From Mytilus edulis (lineage: Eukaryota), in NCBI RefSeq assembly GCF_963676685.1, contig NC_092348.1, positions 35,030,001 to 35,094,000 on the forward strand: DNA of 64,000 nucleotides, written 5' to 3'. Shown one piece after another: positions 62,301 through 64,000 of the stretch. Below the pieces are notes generated by a model, which saw only the letters and a list, made by a program, of their open reading frames with translations, was not told the origin of the DNA and ran no database searches. The number at the start of each line of letters is the position of its first letter. Position 1 is the first letter of the stretch. A program made the position numbers and the translations under genes.

Positions 62301-64000
62301 TACAAATTGACATGTTTATTAAAGGTTGCATGCTATTGAAAACTCAAAAGAGTAGAACTATGTTTTTTTTATCTCAAAATACCCCTTTCAGCCTCAAAGA
62401 GGGAAACCGTCATAAAGAGTCTAGATTGTGAATAAGTGCAGGGAGAATTCATCATATTACTGTTACCAAAGTTATTTCAGTTAAGGTCGAAGGGTTGGTA
62501 CCATCTTAACATTTAGTCCACCTTCCTTATCATTATTATCTATTTCAGATGACAAGCTGACAAGAATAGGTTTGCTACTTGATCATGTTCAAAATGTATC
62601 CCAGTCCATGTATCACCCTTATGAAGCAGTATCTGTAGATGAAAGGATGGTTTCTTCAAAACATCAGTACTCTGGAATCCGTCAATTTATACGTGACAAA
62701 CCTATACGATTCGGTATAAAGCTGTGGGTATTAGCAGATGCCTTGTCTGGATACACATATGCTTTTTATGTATATTTAGGGAAAAAAAGAACGGTTATAT
62801 GCCAAAAAAGTAAAGGTCTCGCATACAATGTTGTCATGGAAATTGGAAAAAACATTTTTCAACAGGGATATAGGATTTACACTGACTCTTTCTATACAAC
62901 ACAGCATTTGGCTGATGACCTTCTTACTAAGAGGACATTTTTAATTGGTGCAGTAAGGAGAACAAGTAGTGCAATGCCTAAACAGTTTAAGGACATTGAA
63001 CAATTTGAAAAATGCTCTGCTAGGGGTGATTTTAGATGGCATAGGGCTAATTGCTTTGCATATGTTCAATGGAGAGATTGCAAAACAGTGACAGTCATTT
63101 CACCGATTCATCGTGGGTCTGATGTTAGTTATTGTCATAGGACTGTCAATGAAAGAAAGGGATTTAAAAAGAAGAAAGTAGTGCAGCCGTCAGTCATTCA
63201 TGATTATAATACAAATATGGGGGGTGTCGATAAATCAAACCAGATGTTGAACAAGTACCCGTGTTACATAAAGTCTAAGTTCCATTGGTGGAAAGTTATT
63301 TTCTTTCACTGTATTGACATAATGATTGTTAACTCTTTTATCATACTCACAGAATTTAATCAGAAAACTTCAAACAAAGTAGAAAATATCAGTAATCAGT
63401 TAGAATATAGAGAAGCTTTAGCCTTATCTCTGATGGATATACATTCAAGTGATGAAACTGAAAAACAAACTTGTATGCCTGCATGTTTAGACAAAAGAAT
63501 TGATTGTTCTTATTGCAATGCAAAAGCGTCTTTGAAGGGAAATAAGACTCCAAGCACAAAAACTAACATATATTGTTCAAAATGTGAAGTACCATTATGT
63601 TTGAGGAAAGACAGAAATTGTTTTACGAAATGGCATTCTGTTGGTGGAGAGGAAGCAAAACAGTGGGTGAAGGAAAGGGGAAGGAAAAGAAGCTTTATAA
63701 ATTTGCATTAAATTTACATTATTTCTTTGATTTCTTGAAATATGTTTTTTTCTTCAAAGATATCATCAATTAATTCCAATTTCATAACTTTCATGCCTTT
63801 TGATCTTTAACAATAAGGAAATGTTGTATGTTTGTCATAGAGATTAACACAAATACACCCCTCCCCCCCCCCAAAAAAAAAAATAAATAAAAAAAATAAA
63901 ACAAATACAATATACCAAAAAAAACAAAACAAACAACACATGAACAACAGAAACCTTTCTAAGGTCAAAGGGTAATATCATATGATGATTATTATTGTGC
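59327..64000 (+). mobile_element. piggyBac DNA transposon (left end visible, right end not in the window)
   Basis: TTAA (59323-59326) followed by CCCTTT, the canonical piggyBac junction; subterminal palindrome TACCGGTCAATTTGACCGGTA (59341-59361); transposase downstream. Confidence 0.8.
60072..63711 (+). CDS. piggyBac transposase (PGBD-like, DDD), 607 aa, five exons
   Basis: Exons 60072-60205, 60735-60908, 61245-61430, 61861-62027 and 62549-63711 total 1824 nt in frame. Acidic N-terminus, PVDFLYLF...TN, KYWS, SVDERM, KPIRFGIKLW, YTDSFY, YNTNMGGVD, and a C-terminal Cys-rich domain CSYC...CSKC...LC...CF..WH. Confidence 0.92.

Noticed and set aside
63960-63976. caaagggtaat as the piggyBac right terminus
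   Set aside because: It matches only AAAGGG of the left TIR and is not followed by TTAA.
26977-64000. VPS9D1 as a truncated pseudogene
   Set aside because: All 11 exons are intact and in frame; the missing exons most likely lie beyond the piggyBac, outside the window.

Overview
AT-rich, intron-rich animal genomic DNA; the repeat landscape looks like a bivalve such as Mytilus (inference). Two host genes sit head-to-head about 260 bp apart. ACIN1/Acinus is on the minus strand (10 exons from 9129, running off the left edge). VPS9D1 is on the plus strand (11 exons, 9389-26976; its last exons are not in the window). VPS9D1 intron 11 is over 37 kb and is almost entirely filled by two DNA transposons. 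The first is a 31,919-bp CACTA/EnSpm element (27297-59215) with CACTA...TAGTG termini, a 3-bp TAA target duplication and 189-bp TIRs with one mismatch. It encodes an intact spliced transposase of at least 890 aa on the minus strand, plus a candidate 309-aa unknown protein on the plus strand whose exons flank the transposase exons. The second, about 110 bp further on, is a piggyBac element with an intact 607-aa transposase split by four introns. Many non-autonomous elements are nested throughout: hAT-like with 5-, 6- and 8-bp TSDs, Kolobok-like, Harbinger-like, Helentron/DINE-like, LINE fragments and minisatellites. All exon models were built by eye from splice signals and reading-frame continuity; no database search was run.
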